This document shows positions 47,933 to 56,971 of a stretch of 64,000 nt of DNA, one piece after another. Position 1 is the stretch's first letter; every line of letters starts with the position of its first letter. The position numbers and the translations under genes are program-made. The DNA lies in the NCBI GenBank assembly GCA_965116475.1, contig OZ220691.1, positions 768,001 through 832,000 of the forward strand, read 5' to 3'. Source of the stretch: Gemmatimonadota bacterium (lineage in GTDB: Bacteria > Gemmatimonadota > Gemmatimonadetes > Palauibacterales > Palauibacteraceae). The notes under the pieces are model-generated. The model did not search any database and was not told where the DNA came from. It saw nothing but the letters and a program-made list of their open reading frames with translations.

Positions 47933-49237
47933 ATGAACGCTCGTGCACGAGGCGGCATGGGGTTCGTTGCGACGGTCACCGAAGGGATTGCCGTCGCGTT
48001 CGACTCGATCGGAGCCAACAAGGTTCGAAGCGGCCTCACGATCCTGGGCGTGACCATCGGGGTGCTCGTCGTCATGGTGATGGCGGCCGCGATTACCGGG
48101 ATCAACAAGAGCTTCGAAGAGCTGATGTCTCCGAACGGCATCGCGACGTTCTACGTATCCCACTGGGATTTTACGTCGGCGGGCTTCGGTGGCGGACCTC
48201 TGAGCGAGGAGGAGCCGGACCTCCTGAGGAACAAGCCGCTCGATCCGCGGTGGGCCCGGGACCTCGGACGCATCCCGGGCATCCAGAGCGCGTCTCCGTT
48301 CGTCGAGATCACCGGCGATTTCGGCACGCCGGCCTTCGAGGCGAACGTCGGACCGGATCGTGTCGAGATCCTGTTCTACGGCGTGGGCGCCGACTACCTC
48401 GAGATCTACAGCGGCGACCTCATCTCGGGACGCTGGTTCACGCACCCCGAGGCCGAGCGGCGGGCGCCCGTCGCCGTGATCGATTCCACCGTGGCGGCCG
48501 ACCTGTTCGGGTCGCTCGATCCGGTCGGCCGCGAGATCCGAATCGGCGAGGGCAGCCGCGGAGCCATGTTCCGCGTGATCGGCGTCTACCGGGTGCCGGC
48601 CAACCTGCTCGCCAGCCTCGCGTCGCACTTCGTGTGGGTGCCGTTCGCGAGCGCGGACAAGCTGCTCCCCATCTGGGACCGGGCCGTCAGCATCATCGTG
48701 CGACCGGAGCCCGAAGCCGACCTTCAGACGGCGCTCGACGCGACGCACGCGCGGATGCGGCAGCTCCGTCGACTGGAGCCGGGCGAGGAGGACGACTTCG
48801 CGGTGCTGGGCCAGGAACAACTGCTGAATCTCTGGGGTCAGCTGACGAATGTCCTGTTCGCGGCGATGCTCGGGTTGTCGAGCATCGGTCTCATGGTGGG
48901 GGGCGTCGGCGTGATCGGGATCATGATGATTTCCGTCACGGAGAGAACTCGGGAGATCGGGCTGCGGAAGGCGATGGGCGGGCGCCGCCGGGACATCATG
49001 TGGCAGTTCCTGGTCGAGGCGGCCACGCTCACGCTGCTCGGCGGGGCGACGGGGATGCTGATGGGCGGCGCGATCGTGTGGGTGGTGAACCAGTTGACGC
49101 CGCTGCCGGCGGTCGTGCCGCTGTGGTCGATCCTGGCTGCCCTTGCGGCATCCGTGCTGACCGGGATCGGTTTCGGGCTCTACCCGGCCTCGCGGGCCGC
49201 GGGGCTGGATCCGATCGACGCGCTGCGCTACGAGTAG
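47933..49237 (+). CDS. MacB/FtsX-type ABC permease 3 (paralog of permease 2)
   Basis: Near-identical TM segments to permease 2. Confidence 0.93.
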   Translation: MNARARGGMGFVATVTEGIAVAFDSIGANKVRSGLTILGVTIGVLVVMVMAAAITGINKSFEELMSPNGIATFYVSHWDFTSAGFGGGPLSEEEPDLLRNKPLDPRWARDLGRIPGIQSASPFVEITGDFGTPAFEANVGPDRVEILFYGVGADYLEIYSGDLISGRWFTHPEAERRAPVAVIDSTVAADLFGSLDPVGREIRIGEGSRGAMFRVIGVYRVPANLLASLASHFVWVPFASADKLLPIWDRAVSIIVRPEPEADLQTALDATHARMRQLRRLEPGEEDDFAVLGQEQLLNLWGQLTNVLFAAMLGLSSIGLMVGGVGVIGIMMISVTERTREIGLRKAMGGRRRDIMWQFLVEAATLTLLGGATGMLMGGAIVWVVNQLTPLPAVVPLWSILAALAASVLTGIGFGLYPASRAAGLDPIDALRYE

Positions 49238-49268
49238 GCGGCCTCAAAGCGAAGCGGCTGACCACCCG

Positions 49269-49994
49269 ATGACCGAACCACCGCTGGACCTCCTTGCCAT
49301 AGCGGCGCATCCCGACGATGCCGAACTCACCTGCGGCGGGACGCTGGCCCGGGCGGCGGAGCAGGGGCACCGGACGGGGATCCTGGACCTGACGCGGGGC
49401 GAGATGGCCTCCCAGGGGACCCCCGAGCTTCGGGCCGAGGAGGCGGCCCGGGCGGCGGCGGTGCTGGGCGTCGGGGTGCGGGTCAACGCCGGGCTCCCGG
49501 ATGCGCGGCTCGAGAACTCGCTGGAGGCGCGGCGGATCGTCGTCGGACACCTGCGGGACCTCGCCCCGGCGACCGTGATTCTGCCCTGGCCGCGCGGCCG
49601 CCATCCGGATCACCGGGTCGCCTCCGAGCTCGCCCGCGATGCCTGTTTCCTCGCGGGACTGCGGGAGTACGAGGGCGGACCGGGGCGGCGGCCGGACAAG
49701 ATCCTCTACGCGATGGCCTACCGGGAGGACGCGGTGAAGCCGACGTTCGTCGTCCCGCTCACGGAGGCGCAGTTCCAGCGCAAGGTCGAGGCGGCGCAGT
49801 GCTACGCGTCACAGTTCGAGGGCGCGACGGCGGCGGGCGAGATCTTTCCCACCGGACAGCTGCTCGCCGAACGCATCGAGACCGCGTCGCGACACTACGG
49901 CTCGCTGATCCGGGCTCCGCACGGGGAACCGTTCCATACCGAAGAGACGATGTGCGTGAGCGATGTCACGCGGCTTGGAGTCCGCTCGTTGTAG
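49269..49994 (+). CDS. bshB1: PIG-L family deacetylase, BshB1-like
   Basis: AHPDDAEL.CGG, DLTRGE, RHPDH, SQF. Confidence 0.82.
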   Translation: MTEPPLDLLAIAAHPDDAELTCGGTLARAAEQGHRTGILDLTRGEMASQGTPELRAEEAARAAAVLGVGVRVNAGLPDARLENSLEARRIVVGHLRDLAPATVILPWPRGRHPDHRVASELARDACFLAGLREYEGGPGRRPDKILYAMAYREDAVKPTFVVPLTEAQFQRKVEAAQCYASQFEGATAAGEIFPTGQLLAERIETASRHYGSLIRAPHGEPFHTEETMCVSDVTRLGVRSL

Positions 49995-50010
49995 AAGGGC
50001 GCTGGAGCCG

Positions 50011-50445
50011 TCAGCCGCAGCGAACCTCGACGAGGAGGCGCTTCCAGCTCGGGACCGACTCGGCGCCCACCTTGATCACCTGTACGCGTGCCGCGCCGCC
50101 GCGCCGCATCCACGGGGCGAGCCAGGCGCCGATCTCCCGCGGGAGGTGGCCGACCGGATCGCCGTCTCGGATGTGGACCCAGACATCGTCGGGTTCGCCT
50201 CCGGGCGGGTCGGGGATGAGGAGGAGTTCCTCCTTCGGGTTTACGGCGTCGAGGTGGCGGGCGCGGTCTTCGAAAGCGAGTCCGTGAACGGTGGTGCGGA
50301 ACACCGGGGCCCCGTGTGGCGGTATGCTCTTCTGGTCGGACGCGGGCCCGGCGGGGCCTGGCGCCGGGGGGGTCGGCCCCGGCGCGGAACGAGGTGGTTC
50401 CATGTACTCCATCCCGAGTTGCGGCGTCGTTTGAAGCTTCGACAC
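50011..50445 (-). CDS. Stand-alone HIRAN-domain-like protein
   Basis: TTVHGLAFEDR, LLLIPDP, VWVH..GDPVGHLPREIGAWLAP; AAGGAG RBS. Confidence 0.72.
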   Translation of the reverse strand: MSKLQTTPQLGMEYMEPPRSAPGPTPPAPGPAGPASDQKSIPPHGAPVFRTTVHGLAFEDRARHLDAVNPKEELLLIPDPPGGEPDDVWVHIRDGDPVGHLPREIGAWLAPWMRRGGAARVQVIKVGAESVPSWKRLLVEVRCG

Positions 50446-50492
50446 AATAGACGCTCCTTGCTCGGCGGGCGAATCCGGACCGAAGAACGGCG

Positions 50493-51665
50493 ATGATACA
50501 ACCGGAAGAAGAGCGACTTTACCTCGACTACGCGGCGACCTGGCCCATGCGGCCGGAGGTGTGGGACGCCATGGGAGCGGAGCTGCGGCACGGCTTCAAT
50601 CCCGCGAGCGCGCACGCCCCCGGCCGGCGCGCCCATCGCTGCCTCGAGGTCGCGCGCGGGCGGATTGCGGATCTGCTCGGGTGCCCGCGGTCATCCATCT
50701 ACTTCACGGGCGGCGGCACGCAGTCGGACAACCTCGCGATCCTCGGCTTCGTCCGATCGAATCCGGGGCGGAGCCCGCGCGTGTTCGTGTCGGAGATCGA
50801 GCACAAGGCGTGCCTCGAGGCGGCGGACCGCGGGGCGGTGGAGGGGGCCCGCGTGGGGCGGATTCCGGTGGACCGCTCGGGGACGATCGATCTCGGGTGG
50901 CTGCGGCGGGAACTCGCGGCGGACCCGGACGCGCCGACGCTGATCTCGGTGATGTGGGCGAACAACGAGATCGGCACGGTCCAGGCGATGGACGACATCG
51001 TGGAGCTGGGCCACGAGTACGGGGCGCTCGTGCACACGGACGCCGTGCAGGCGCTGGGGAAGGTGGACTGCGACCTGGAGCGGACGCCGGTCGACCTCCT
51101 GTCGGCGACCGCGCACAAGCTGGGCGGGCCGGTGGGGATCGGCGTCCTCTACCGGCGGCCGGGGGTGGCCCTGGAGCCGCTGAGCTACGGCGGCGGCCAG
51201 GAGCGGTCCATGTGGCCGGGCACGCAGAATCCGATCGGCGCGACGGGCTTCGCCGCCGCGCTCGCGCTCGCGCTCGAGGACCGCGAGGCGGAGGTCGCGC
51301 GTTGGACGGGCCTGCGCGATCACCTCGAGGCGCGGATCCGTGCGGAGATTCCGGATGCCCGGATTCATGCGGGCGACGCGCCGCTGCGGATGCCGAATCT
51401 CGTCAGCGTCGGGATTCCGGGCTGCGACAGCGGAGCGGTGCTCGTGTCCCTCGACTTCGAGGGGATCGCGGTCTCGGGCGGATCGGCCTGCGGCTCCGAT
51501 TCGAGCGTCGGCTCCGACGTGCTGGACGCGATCGGGATCACGAGCGATGTGCCGTACGCCGCGGTGCGCTTCAGTTTCGGCCACGACACGTCCCGGGCGG
51601 ACATCGACGCGGCGGCGGACGCGCTCGCGCGGGTGGCCGCGCGGGTCGTCGCCATCACGGCCTGA
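50493..51665 (+). CDS. Cysteine desulfurase (IscS/NifS type)
   Basis: YLDYAAT, NNEIG, HTDAVQ, AHKLGGP, SGGSAC. Confidence 0.92.
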   Translation: MIQPEEERLYLDYAATWPMRPEVWDAMGAELRHGFNPASAHAPGRRAHRCLEVARGRIADLLGCPRSSIYFTGGGTQSDNLAILGFVRSNPGRSPRVFVSEIEHKACLEAADRGAVEGARVGRIPVDRSGTIDLGWLRRELAADPDAPTLISVMWANNEIGTVQAMDDIVELGHEYGALVHTDAVQALGKVDCDLERTPVDLLSATAHKLGGPVGIGVLYRRPGVALEPLSYGGGQERSMWPGTQNPIGATGFAAALALALEDREAEVARWTGLRDHLEARIRAEIPDARIHAGDAPLRMPNLVSVGIPGCDSGAVLVSLDFEGIAVSGGSACGSDSSVGSDVLDAIGITSDVPYAAVRFSFGHDTSRADIDAAADALARVAARVVAITA

Positions 51666-51677
51666 GACCGCCCGCCC

Positions 51678-52775
51678 ATGATCGCCCCCGGCCGCCTCGC
51701 GGACTCCGTGCTCGTCGCCATGTCGGGAGGCGTGGACTCGTCGCTCACGGCGGCGCTGCTCGCGCGCGCGGGCCGCCCGGTCATCGGCGTGACGATGAAG
51801 ACGTTCTGCTACACCGGCAGCGAGGGCCCGACACGCACCTGTTGCGGCCTCGACGGGATCACGGACGCCAAGTCCGTCGCCGCCCAGCTCGACATGCCCC
51901 ACCACGTGTTCGATGTGGAGGAGGAGTTCACGCGCGACGTGATCGACGACTTCGTGTCGGAGTACGCGGCCGGCCGCACGCCGATCCCGTGCGTCCGCTG
52001 CAACAGCTTCACGAAGTTCCGCGACCTTCTCGTGCGGGCGGACGCGCTGGACTGCCGGTGGCTGGCGACGGGGCACTACGCGCGCGTGGTCCGGCCCCGC
52101 TCCGGCCCTCCGGAACTCCGCCTCGGCGCGGACGACCACAAGGACCAGACGTACTTCCTGTGGGGGATGCCGCGGGAGGCGCTCGACCGCCTGCTCCTGC
52201 CGGTCGGCGAGCTCACGAAGCCGCAGGTGCGGGCGGAGGCGCGGCGGCTGGGCCTCGACACGGCGGACAAGCCCGAGTCGTTCGAGATCTGCTTCGTCCC
52301 CGACAACGACTACGCCGGGGTCCTGCGCCGGTACCTGCCGGAGGACCACCCTGCCCTCTCACCGGGCGCCATCCGCTTCGAGGACGGCTCGGACGCGGGC
52401 AGGCACGCCGGCTACGCGCACTACACGGTGGGACAGCGCAAGGGGCTGCCGGGCGGTCTTCCCGAGCCGATGTTCGTGCTCGAGATCCGGCCGGAGTCGC
52501 GCGACGTCATCATCGGGCCGCGGGCCTCGCTGGCCCGCTCGCGCATCGGCGCCCGGGGCGTGAACTGGCTGGCCGAGCCTCCCGCCGCCGGCGAGCGCAT
52601 CGGCGTAAGGATTCGGCACGGGGCCGCGATCGTCGACGCGGATGTCCTCGAGGCGACGCCGACCGGCTTCTCGCTGGAGCTGCCCGCTCCGCAGTCAGCC
52701 ATCACGCCCGGACAGAGCGCCGTGCTCTACCGGGACGATCTCGTCCTCGGCGGCGGCGTCATCGTCTCGAACTGA
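51678..52775 (+). CDS. mnmA: tRNA 2-thiouridylase
   Basis: AMSGGVDS, TCC, PCVRCN, ATGHYA, KDQTYFL, ICF, TVGQRKG, TPGQ. Confidence 0.96.
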   Translation: MIAPGRLADSVLVAMSGGVDSSLTAALLARAGRPVIGVTMKTFCYTGSEGPTRTCCGLDGITDAKSVAAQLDMPHHVFDVEEEFTRDVIDDFVSEYAAGRTPIPCVRCNSFTKFRDLLVRADALDCRWLATGHYARVVRPRSGPPELRLGADDHKDQTYFLWGMPREALDRLLLPVGELTKPQVRAEARRLGLDTADKPESFEICFVPDNDYAGVLRRYLPEDHPALSPGAIRFEDGSDAGRHAGYAHYTVGQRKGLPGGLPEPMFVLEIRPESRDVIIGPRASLARSRIGARGVNWLAEPPAAGERIGVRIRHGAAIVDADVLEATPTGFSLELPAPQSAITPGQSAVLYRDDLVLGGGVIVSN

Positions 52776-52810
52776 CGGCGGGGCCTGACGGCCGGACCTG
52801 ACGGCCGGGC
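52772..52810 (+). repeat. 3 x 13-bp tandem repeat containing the mnmA stop
   Basis: ctgacggc at 52772, 52785, 52798. Confidence 0.85.
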
Positions 52811-52816
52811 CGCGGG

Positions 52817-53917
52817 TCAGTAGGAGAGGCCCTCCTCCTGCGCGAGGTCCTTCACCTTCTGCAGGCCCTCGCCGGAGAGGTCGGGCGTCTCCACGACCAC
52901 CTTGACGAGCTGGTCGCCGCGGTTCTCGCCGCGTTGGATGCCTTGGCCGCGGATCCGGAACGTGGTGCCGCTCTGCGTACCCGGCGGGATCCGGAGCACG
53001 ACCTTGTTCCCGCCGATCGTCCTCACCTTGACCTTCGAGCCGAGGATCGCCTGCGCGACGTTGATCGGCACCTCGCAGGCGAGGTCGAGCCCGTCCCGGG
53101 TGAAGAAGCGGTCGGGGTCGACCTGGAACTTGATGATGAGGTCGCCCGTCCGGCCGCCGCCCGGACCGCGCTCGCCCTTGCCGGAGATGCGGACGCGCGA
53201 CCCGTTCTCGACTCCCGCGGGGACCTTGACGCTGAGCTTGCGCCGGGTGTTCACCTGGCCGCGCCCGGAGCAGCTCGAGCACGGCGTCTCCGGCACCATT
53301 CCGCGCCGCACGCAGACGGGACACGGGCGCCTGACGGAGAACCCGCCCTGCCCGAATGTGACTTCGCCGCGGCCCTCGCACTCGGGGCAGCGCTTCAGCG
53401 ACGTGCCGGGCGCGGCGCCGTCCCCGTCGCACGTCGCGCATTCCTCGTTGATCGGCACGGTGACCGCGACCCGTCCGCCCCTCGCCGCCGCGCGGAGCGA
53501 AACCGTGACCAGGTATTCGACGTTGCGGCCCCGCTTCGGCCCCTCCTTCTCGGGCTTCGCCTTCTTCCCGAAATCGAAGATCGAGGAGAAGATGCCGCCG
53601 ATGCCGCCCAGATCGGACAGGTCCTCGAACTTGAAGCTGCCGGCGCCCCCGGGGGCTCCGCCCGGCTGGCCGGGCCCGAACGCCCCGATGCCTCCGTACT
53701 TCCGCACGCGGTCGTACTTCTTGCGCTTGTCGGGATCCGAGAGGACGCCGTGGGCCTCCGACACCGCCTTGAACTTCTCCGTCGACCTCGGATCGCCCGC
53801 GTTCGCGTCCGGGTGGTGCTCCTTCGCGAGCTTGCGGTAGGCCTTCCGGATCTCATCCGCGCTCGCGTTCTCGGCGACCCCGAGAATCTTGTAGTAGTCC
53901 TTCGCCTGCGTTGCCAT
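52817..53917 (-). CDS. dnaJ: Chaperone DnaJ
   Basis: J-domain HPD, G/F region, four CxxC repeats. Confidence 0.95.
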   Translation of the reverse strand: MATQAKDYYKILGVAENASADEIRKAYRKLAKEHHPDANAGDPRSTEKFKAVSEAHGVLSDPDKRKKYDRVRKYGGIGAFGPGQPGGAPGGAGSFKFEDLSDLGGIGGIFSSIFDFGKKAKPEKEGPKRGRNVEYLVTVSLRAAARGGRVAVTVPINEECATCDGDGAAPGTSLKRCPECEGRGEVTFGQGGFSVRRPCPVCVRRGMVPETPCSSCSGRGQVNTRRKLSVKVPAGVENGSRVRISGKGERGPGGGRTGDLIIKFQVDPDRFFTRDGLDLACEVPINVAQAILGSKVKVRTIGGNKVVLRIPPGTQSGTTFRIRGQGIQRGENRGDQLVKVVVETPDLSGEGLQKVKDLAQEEGLSY

Positions 53918-53921
53918 CGGA

Positions 53922-54554
53922 TCAGGAAGCTTCGTCTTCGTGACGATAGACCGTGACGCGCGCGGGGCGGAGCAGCCGGTCGCCGAGCCGGTATCCGACG
54001 AGGACGACGTGCGACACGAGTTCGTCCTGCTCCGGGTCGTCGGTCGGGGTCATCATGAGCGCGTCGTGGAGGTTGGGGTCGAAGCGCTCCTCCACCGGGT
54101 TCACCGGTTCCACTCCGGCGTCGGAGAGGACCTTCGCGAACTTCCGGGCCACGAGCCCGATCCCCTCGTGCAGCGCCTCCGTCGTCGTGCCCTCCAGCGG
54201 CGTCTCGGCCACGCGCTGCAGGTCGTCCATCAGTTCGAGCAGCTTGGCGGCAAGATCCGCGCGCGCCCGCTCCCCTTCATCGCCCAGCTCGCGCCTCGTG
54301 CGGCGCCGGAAGTTGTCGAACTCGGCCGCAAGGCGAAGGTGGCGGTCCTGCAGCGCCGCGAGTTCACCCTCCGGCCCGGGGTCCTCGCCGGACTCGGGCG
54401 GGCGGACTTCGTCTACGTGCCCGGGCGTCTCCGAAGCTTCCTCGGGCACGTCCCGCTCGGCAGCGTCGGCGGAGGCCTCCGAGCCGGCATCCTCCGGACC
54501 GCCGTCCCCCGGCGCCGCGCTCTCCATCTCCTGCTCCAGATCCTTCTTTCCCAT
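53922..54554 (-). CDS. grpE: Nucleotide exchange factor GrpE
   Basis: [31 protein letters not shown]. Confidence 0.95.
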   Translation of the reverse strand: MGKKDLEQEMESAAPGDGGPEDAGSEASADAAERDVPEEASETPGHVDEVRPPESGEDPGPEGELAALQDRHLRLAAEFDNFRRRTRRELGDEGERARADLAAKLLELMDDLQRVAETPLEGTTTEALHEGIGLVARKFAKVLSDAGVEPVNPVEERFDPNLHDALMMTPTDDPEQDELVSHVVLVGYRLGDRLLRPARVTVYRHEDEAS

Positions 54555-54576
54555 CGAATATCCTCAAGTAGGCTTG

Positions 54577-55041
54577 TCAGAGCCGTGAATCCAGCCAGCG
54601 CATCGCTTCGAGCGCGGCCGCTTCCCGGATCTCGTCCCGGCTCCCCCCGAAGCGGTGGCGCCGCGCGTCGCGCGAGGGTCCGTCGTGGGCGATCCACACC
54701 GTGCCCACGGGCTTGTCGGCGGATCCTCCCGAGGGGCCGGCGATCCCCGTGACGGCGATGGACCAGGTGCTCTCCGCCACGCGCCGCGCCCCGGCGGCCA
54801 TCTCCTCCGCCACGGCCCGCGAGACGGCGCCGTGCCGGCGGAGCGACGCCTCCGACACCTTCAGCAGCGCCCGCTTGGCGGCGTCATCGTAGCTTATCAG
54901 CCCACCCCACAAAACCTCCGAAGCGCCGGGTACGGCGGTGAGGGCGGCGCCGATCAGGCCGCCGGTGCAACTCTCGGCAAGCACGAGGGTGTGCCCCCTC
55001 TCCCGCAGGCGTTCGATGAGCGTCGCGGCGGCCTCGAACAG
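54577..55041 (-). CDS. CinA C-terminal/PncC NMN deamidase (no canonical start; CTG 55041 proposed)
   Basis: AESCTGG, GAVS..A.EMA.G, TGIAGP.GG..KPVGTV; the frame extends upstream as LFEAAATLIERLRERGHTLVL. Confidence 0.88.
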   Translation of the reverse strand: MFEAAATLIERLRERGHTLVLAESCTGGLIGAALTAVPGASEVLWGGLISYDDAAKRALLKVSEASLRRHGAVSRAVAEEMAAGARRVAESTWSIAVTGIAGPSGGSADKPVGTVWIAHDGPSRDARRHRFGGSRDEIREAAALEAMRWLDSRL

Positions 55042-55054
55042 CGACGCACCGCGC

Positions 55055-55684
55055 TTACGAATGGCGGCCCGCCATGACCCGCGAGAAGGTGCCCAGATAG
55101 GTCACGGCGGAGACCACGGTGAGCAGCACGGCGAGGGTGAGAAACGTCGTGGTGAACCAGCCGTGGAACGCGGAGAACCACTGCCACGCCCGCCCGACGG
55201 GGGCCACGAAGCCGGGGGTCAGGAACGCGACCCACAGGATCGCGGAGCCGATGAAGATGTTCTGGGCGAGCGCCTTTCTCTTGCCCAGGATCTGCGCCGC
55301 AACGATCCGGCCGCGCCGGGCGGCGAGGGAGCGGAGCAGCGTGATCAGCGCCTCGCGGCCCAGGAAGATGACGATGGCCCAGAGCGGGATGACGTGGAAC
55401 AGGGGGAGAGAAGGCGTTCCCGCCTGCCCGAGATTGATGGCGTACACGGGGATGAGGGCGGCAACGAGCAGCAGCTTGTCGGCGAGCGGGTCGATGATCT
55501 TGCCGAAGGAGGTCACCTCGCCCCGGGCCCGGGCCAGGTGGCCGTCCCACAGATCCGAGAGCGCGGCGAAGACGAACACGACGAACGCGATCATGCGGGG
55601 CGTCGGGCGGGGCTGCAGGAGCAGCGCCGTCACGACGGGGGCCGCGAGGATCCTGCCCGTGGTAATCGCGTTCGGGAGATTCAG
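55055..55684 (-). CDS. pgsA: CDP-alcohol phosphatidyltransferase (PgsA-like; likely CTG start)
   Basis: NLPNAIT..R, DLWDGHLAR..FGKIIDPLADK, GRE. Confidence 0.9.
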   Translation of the reverse strand: MNLPNAITTGRILAAPVVTALLLQPRPTPRMIAFVVFVFAALSDLWDGHLARARGEVTSFGKIIDPLADKLLLVAALIPVYAINLGQAGTPSLPLFHVIPLWAIVIFLGREALITLLRSLAARRGRIVAAQILGKRKALAQNIFIGSAILWVAFLTPGFVAPVGRAWQWFSAFHGWFTTTFLTLAVLLTVVSAVTYLGTFSRVMAGRHS

Positions 55685-56034
55685 TGTGGGTCTCCGCTCT
55701 CCAGTGTAGCGTCGTCGCTCGCGAGCACGCTCTCGAGACTCTCCAGAACCGCCATGGCGCGCTTGCGGAGGAGCGGCCGCTCTTCCCACGCCAGATAATC
55801 TCTCAACAGCGGCAGATCGTCCACCGACGGGTGCGATTTCAGGTATCCGAGCGCCGCCAGGCGCCGGAGCGGGTGCGGACTGAACAGCTCGCGCCGGTGG
55901 CGCCGCATCTGGTCTCGCGCGAGATAGATCCCGAGGCCGACGGCGGCGGCGGCGCCCAGCAGGGCCGCAGCCGCGATCTTCCACCCCGTCGCGGAACGGC
56001 GATCCGCGTCCTCGTATTCGTTTCGAGTCGTCAT
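55681..56034 (-). CDS. Hypothetical membrane-anchored protein
   Basis: One TM then helical domain (RRLAALGYL, LLRDYLAWE); fills recR-pgsA gap. Confidence 0.7.
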   Translation of the reverse strand: MTTRNEYEDADRRSATGWKIAAAALLGAAAAVGLGIYLARDQMRRHRRELFSPHPLRRLAALGYLKSHPSVDDLPLLRDYLAWEERPLLRKRAMAVLESLESVLASDDATLESGDPH

Positions 56035-56041
56035 CGGTTCG

Positions 56042-56629
56042 CTACATCTCCCGTCGGCCGGCGAAGGCTTCGGCGATCGTCACGCCGTCGGCGTACTCGA
56101 GGTCCCCTCCCACGGGCAGCCCGCGCGCGAGCCGCGTGACCGTGACGTCGGCGGCCGAGGCGAGCAGGCGCTGCAGGTACGTTGCCGTCGCTTCGCCTTC
56201 CACGCTCGCGTTCGTCGCGATGATCACCTCTCGGACCGGCGTGTCGAGACGCCGAAGCAGGGCCCGGATGTTCAGGTCGTCGGGTCCTACCCCATCGAGA
56301 GGGGACAACCGTCCGCCAAGTACATGATACAGACCTCCGAAGTTCCCCGAATTCTCGATCGCCGGGATGTCCGAGGCTTCCTCCACGACGCACACCTGCG
56401 CCGGATCGCGCCTCGGGCTCCGGCAGTATTCGCACGGCTCCATGTCGCTGAGGTTGCCGCAGTCGCCGCATACGCGGACCTCGGCCGCGACCCGTTCTAT
56501 GGCCCGCGCCAGCCGCCGCGCATCGTCCTTCGAACTCTTGAGAAGGTGATAGGTGAGCCGCCGCGCGGTCTTGCGGCCGATCCCCGGGAGCCGGCCGAGC
56601 TCGCCCACGAGTGCTTCGATCGCGTTCAC
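56042..56629 (-). CDS. recR: Recombination mediator RecR
   Basis: LPGIGRKTARR, C4 zinc finger, YHVLGG, EGEATA, GLPVGGDLEYAD. Confidence 0.97.
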   Translation of the reverse strand: MNAIEALVGELGRLPGIGRKTARRLTYHLLKSSKDDARRLARAIERVAAEVRVCGDCGNLSDMEPCEYCRSPRRDPAQVCVVEEASDIPAIENSGNFGGLYHVLGGRLSPLDGVGPDDLNIRALLRRLDTPVREVIIATNASVEGEATATYLQRLLASAADVTVTRLARGLPVGGDLEYADGVTIAEAFAGRREM

Positions 56630-56961
56630 GGACGGCCGAGGAAGTTGCCCAGGCCCGGCAACGGCAGACCTCCCGCCGCCTCACGCATCTCGCTCTCCAT
56701 GCGGTCCTTCGCTCGCCGTTGCGCGGCGGAGGCCGCGGCGACGATGAGGTCCTCGAGCATCTCGACCTCTGCCGGGTCCACCGCGGCCGGGTCGATGGAG
56801 ACGCCCTTGATGTTGCCCTGGCCATCCACCGTCACCTCGACCATCCCGCCGCCCGAAGCCGCCGTCATTGTCTCGCGCTCGAGCTTCTCCTGCATCTCGC
56901 TCATACGCGACTGCATCTGTTGACTGAGTTGAATCAACTGCTGGATGTTCACGCCGTCCAC
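56626..56961 (-). CDS. ybaB: YbaB/EbfC nucleoid-associated protein
   Basis: SGGGMVEV, IDP..D..MLEDLIVAA. Confidence 0.93.
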   Translation of the reverse strand: MDGVNIQQLIQLSQQMQSRMSEMQEKLERETMTAASGGGMVEVTVDGQGNIKGVSIDPAAVDPAEVEMLEDLIVAAASAAQRRAKDRMESEMREAAGGLPLPGLGNFLGRP

Positions 56962-56971
56962 TCGGATTCTC

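Noticed and set aside
52817..54554. grpE-dnaJ without dnaK/hrcA
   Set aside because: Split chaperone loci are common; no CIRCE element seen; not evidence of loss.
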